From assembly GCF_009914755.1 (NCBI RefSeq), contig NC_060931.1: DNA of 64,000 nt, one strand, 5' to 3'. This DNA comes from the human T2T-CHM13v2.0 reference genome, Homo sapiens. A program made the translations under genes and the position numbers. This document shows positions 58,070 to 64,000 of the stretch, in pieces; position 1 is the first letter of the stretch, and each line of letters opens with the position of its first letter. The notes under the pieces were generated by a model, which was not told the origin of the DNA, searched no databases, and saw only the letters and a program-made list of their open reading frames with translations.

Positions 58070-58280
58070 CTGCAACCTCTGCCTTCCAGATTCAAGCAAT
58101 TTTCCTGCCTCAGCCTCCCAAGTAGCTGGGATTACAGGCATCCACCACCACGCCCAGCTAATTTTTTTATTTTTAGTAGAGACGAGGTTTCACCATGTTG
58201 GCCAGGTTCGACCTCAGGTGATCCACCTGCCTCGGCCTCCCAAAGTGCTGGGATTACAGGCATGATCCACTGTGCCCAGT
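58070..58280 (-). mobile_element. Truncated AluS
   Basis: Starts ctgcaacctct, with no tail. Confidence 0.85.
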
Positions 58281-58631
58281 TAAACTCCAGTTTTTCATGT
58301 TCCATGCATAGGTCAGGGTCTTAGGGAGTGATTCATTCTAGCAGAACTCCCTGGATTTTAAGGCAAGTGTTCCATTTATTAATTGACAAAGGACGCATAT
58401 TTCTCTTCTGGTAACCTAAAGATTTAGGTCGTTTTCCCAGGGACTCTGTTTCCACTATGAGAGTTCTTGGAAAACTAAGCAAAGGATGAGGAAAAGTCTG
58501 TGAACAAGCTTGCAGGTCTCTCCCTGTCCTACAAAAGAGCATACCTCTTCTGTAACCAGAAGACCCTTTTTTTTTTTGATTAGTCAAGGCTGGACAGACT
58601 GAGATGAGGGTGTGTGTGGGTGTGTGTATGT

Positions 58632-58912
<281 letters not shown>

Positions 58913-59332
58913 CCTGTGATGATTTTTCAACAATGTAATTTCTCTTTTACAGAGTCACCTAAGCTGAAGATTCCCTTGAGAACAAGTACTGTCCTGTGGT
59001 TTCATGGCCTTTCTTCCATTTGTGGTTCTTGCCAAGCGGAATTTAAATGACATCTTATCAAGATGGATAAACCCTAGTTTCCCAGTGCTGGAATATAGAA
59101 AATGGATGGACAAGTAAATCCCACTCAGCACCCATAGCCCAGGCATGGGGACCTCAACACATTTGAGCCGCAGAGATCACCTTTCATTGTGAATAGCTCT
59201 GAGATGATACTTCTGGTTGGTAAGTGCCCACTGGCAATAGTTTATATAACAGCAAGTGAAGGAATAAATAGTCACCAAAACATTTTCTGTCCCTAATTCC
59301 AGCATAAATTGGATTAGATAGTTATTTTATGA

Positions 59333-59560
<228 letters not shown>

Positions 59561-59564
59561 TAAA

Positions 59565-59676
59565 TATGTGGATTCCACAGGACTGACTTCAAAAACTTGA
59601 GTATGTGTGGATTTTGGTATACACAGAAATGGGGGAGCTGGAATTAATCCCGCCATATACCAAGGGACAAATTGTA
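59565..59676. mobile_element. TcMar-Tigger/MER2-like terminal fragment
   Basis: acttgagtatgtgtggattttggtatac...ataccaagggac. Confidence 0.55.
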
Positions 59677-60434
59677 TATATTTTTACAATTATACTGTAG
59701 GATACATTACATTCCATGACAATGGTAGTTTTTAATAACAATTTTTAATTGAGTGAAATTACCATAAAAATAACAATAGTAGCAGCTAATATTTACTGAG
59801 CTGTTACTAGGTGCGTATAAATACCATAGATTTTTAAATTCCCTGTAACTCTTCCTTATTTCACTTAACCACTCTATCTTAAATTACTCATGCTTGCTCC
59901 AGTAACACACATACTTAAGTTGGAACAATAGAGAGATTGGCATGGCCTCTCTGAAAGAATGACATGCAAATTTGTGAAGCATTCCATATTTTTTTAAAAA
60001 AGAGAAAAAAATTACTCCCAGATTTTCACTGTATTTGTGCATATGACCTTTTGTTTAGGTTGAATTATATTCAAAGATGATATTTTCAGAAGTGAGATTA
60101 CTGTGAGTCGCAGGGTATGAGCATTCTTACTACTCTTGATGTAAATTGCCGAGCTTTCAGGCACGGTGGCTGTCAGCCTGTAATTCTAGCACTTTGGGAG
60201 CTGAGGTGGGAGGATTTCTTGAGGCCAGGAGGTGGAGGAGGCAGTATAATCAGTCACTGTCTGTATTATTTTAAAAAAATTTCCAAGCTTTATCCTGGAA
60301 GGCTTGTATACAATTTAAACACCACTAATACTACAAGAAAATGGCCATTTCACTGCACCTTCGCTGGCACAGGTATTATAATTTAACAAGTTATTTTCTG
60401 TGTGATAAATAAAAGACCTCATATTACTTTGTCA

Positions 60435-61228
<794 letters not shown>

Positions 61229-61288
61229 TATTTGTCACATGTTTTATCTTTTCTTATGTTAGCTTATTAGCTTTATTTCTTTATTGTC

Positions 61289-61580
61289 CTTTTTTTTTTT
61301 TTTGAGATGAAGTCTTGCTCTCTCTCCCAGGCTTGAGTGTAGTGGCACAGTCTCAACTCACTGCAGCCTTGACCTCCTGGACTCAGGTGATCCTTCCACC
61401 TCAGTAGTTGGGACTATAGGCACATGCCACTATGCCTGGCCAATATTTTTTTAATTTTTAGTAGAGATGAGGTCTTGCTTTGTTTCTTAGGGTGGTCTGG
61501 AACTCCTGGCCTCAAGCGATCCCCCCAACGCCCCATCCCAAAGTACTGGTATTATAAGCGTGAGCCACCATGCCTGGGCT
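61289..61580 (-). mobile_element. AluJ
   Basis: Antisense dimer. Confidence 0.88.
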
Positions 61581-61982
61581 GTCCGTGTCTTTTCCATTTA
61601 TTTATAGAGTTAATTTGTCTTTTACTAATTCAATGATCTGTTTAATCTTTTATTAAATTATAAAAATAGTAAATACTTTTAAATAAAGAAGTGAAGAATT
61701 TCCTTCACTCTTTAGACCCATAATCTTATCTCAGGAAATAATTGCTATTGAGAAAACGGGCCATATCCTTCAAGATACATACACGGTGATTGAACATCAG
61801 TTCACATTTTCATATTTTGTGGACATTTGTGCCAATACCTGTTGATCTATCTTAATCCTTTTCATGGTTACATAATATTTTATTATATGGATGTATCACA
61901 ATTTACCAGTCAGCTGCTGTAGGCATTTAGGCTCCTTCTAATATTTGCTTTGAGCTCTTTATAATTAAAAATTAACCCCCTC

Positions 61983-62404
61983 AGCCAGGTGTGGCACTCA
62001 CACCTGTAATCCCAGCACTTTGGAAGGCTGAGGTGGGAGAACTGCCTGAGTGTAGGAGATCACCACCAGCCTGGTCAACATAGCGACACTTTGTCTCTAC
62101 TAAAAATTAAAAAATAAAATGAGCTACACATTGCAGTACACACCTGTTGTCCCAGCTACTGGGGAGGCTAAGACTGAAGGATCACTTGAGCCTAGAAGGT
62201 TGAGGCTGCAGTAAGCTATGATCATACTACTGCACTTTAGCTCTGGTAAGAGCAAGACTGTGTTTCTTAAATAAAATAAACATTAGATGGGAATATTGCT
62301 CAAGCCCTGGAGGTTGAGGCTGCAGTTAACTGTGATTGCACCACTGCAGTCCAGCCTAGGCGATAGAGCAAGACCCTTTCTCTAAAAATAAAATAAAATA
62401 AAAA
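61983..62404 (+). mobile_element. AluJ plus an extra partial right arm
   Basis: Flanked by aaaaattaacc on both sides. Confidence 0.85.
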
Positions 62405-63286
62405 TTAACCTTCCATCATATTTCCCAGTAACGCCTTCCCTCCTACATTTCTCCTAGAAGCCCTTGAATTTTGTTTGTTTTTCACATACCATTTAAAACT
62501 TTCAAGTACTGATGTCTGTCTGTGTCATCCCTCTTTTTTTTTTTCTTTTAAAGAATGTCTTTTTGTCACTTCCGGCTGGATCTACCATGAAAGATTTCTG
62601 AATCCAGGAAGAGAGATTGACTGGGCAACATGTTATTCAGGTACAAAAAGACTTGGACTATAACTCAAAAATGATCAAATAATACTGCATGCATCAAATG
62701 CAGTGGAAGCTCTTCTGGAGAGTGAGAGAAGCTTCCAGTTAAAGTGACATTGAAACCAGGTCCTGAAAGATGAGGAAGAGTTGTATGAGAGTGGGGAGGG
62801 AAAGGGGAGGTGGAGGGATGGGCAATGGGCTGGGATGGGATGGAGTGAGCTACCCAGGCAGGGAAACCAGCACTGTACAGACCCGAACAATGAAGATGGC
62901 ACATTTTGTTCAGGGAATGGTGAATTAAGTGTGGCAGGAATGCTTTGGAGAGATGGTCATTTGCTTGTATGGAATTTTGCCCAAGAGACCTCATTACAGT
63001 TTCTAATTTTTTGATGTTATCATGCATCACTGCCCTTGTCAAATAGTATGATAATCACAATAACATCAAACATAATATTTCATTGATCTCACAAAAACAG
63101 GTGGGTGCCACAGTTATCCCCATTATACGCGCAAAATGATGAAGACTTGGGGTTAATGAGCAATTTGCCCAACCTCACCTGGGTATTAAGACTGAGTCAC
63201 ATGTTAGGTCTGGTCTGACTTTAATGCTTGCCTTGTTCATGAGCACCATGCATTGCCTCTCCTATGCAGTTAAGCAGGTAGACAGG

Positions 63287-64000
63287 TGAGAGAAGAACTC
63301 ATGTTTCTCTCTACTCACACACTACTGACCAAGTATGTGTGTGGAGTTTCTACACCAATTCTCCAACTGTTTGGATACCAACTGCGTATCCCACAATTCC
63401 ATTCTGACACTACCTGGAGTTAGTGCAGACCCCACAGATTAGGGGCTCAGTCCCACAAGACCACCCTCACTTCAGATGCCAATTGCAAGTCCTAGGTTGT
63501 CACTTGTATTTTGACCAACCAGTTAGAAATCAGGGTTTCCCATGACCCTCTTCTTGAGTTTAATTATTTACTAGAACAACTCACAGAACTTAGAAAAACA
63601 GGTTTTTTTCTTTTCTTTTAAGAGACAGGGCCTCACTCTGTTGTCCAGGCTGGTGTGCAGTGGTGCAGTCATAGCTCATTGAAGCCTCAGCCTCCAGGGC
63701 TCAAGTGATTCTCCTGCTTCAGCCTCTCAAGTAGCTGGAATTACAGGGTTCCCACCACCACATCTGGCTAATTTCTTTTAATTTTTGTATAGATGGGGTC
63801 TTATGTTGCCCAGGCTGGTCTCAAATTCCTAGGCTCAAGTGATTCCGCCCACCTCTGCCTCCCAAAGTGCTGGGTTTACAGGCATGAGCCACCATATCTG
63901 GCCAGCTTATTTTCTATTACTTGCTCAATGTAAAGGCTCCATCTCAGGAACAGCCGATGAAAGAGATGCACAGGACAAGGTAAGTGGGGAGGGGCACAGA
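63287..64000 (-). mobile_element. MER21 (C-like) LTR containing an antisense AluJ (63602-63903), running off the window
   Basis: ctacctggagttagtgcagaccccacag...ggctcagtcccacaagac...ctcacagaact. Confidence 0.82.

Overview
Primate (human-like) non-coding genomic DNA that is very dense in repeats. It holds dozens of Alu copies or monomers, L1/L2/MIR fragments, MaLR and ERV LTRs and hAT/Tigger DNA-transposon fragments. I see no intact protein-coding gene, tRNA, rRNA or CRISPR. The supplied ORFs are Alu-derived, simple-repeat-derived or chance ORFs, apart from recognisable retroelement protein remnants (ERVL gag, L1 ORF2, HERV-I gag/pol/env). Main landmarks: (1) a nested MER21/MER4/MER50/Alu stack at 9.4-13.3 kb; (2) a CpG-island promoter at about 24.8-25.3 kb with CRE, tandem ETS and X-box-like motifs and no visible coding gene; (3) an LTR12 solo LTR at 44.6-46.1 kb; (4) a deleted HERV-I-type provirus at 48.5-53.4 kb carrying two LTR22 insertions and a ~440-bp non-viral segment; (5) from 53.85 kb, sequence I recall as a multicopy subtelomere-type duplicon (unverified). 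I cannot support a new multi-gene system. The most interesting signals are the possible host-RNA capture in the provirus, a 35-bp templated insertion copied from 6.2 kb away, a short telomere-like insertion with a target duplication, and a probable rearrangement junction at an LTR22. Repeat subfamily names come from recall of consensus sequences, and boundaries without a TSD are approximate.
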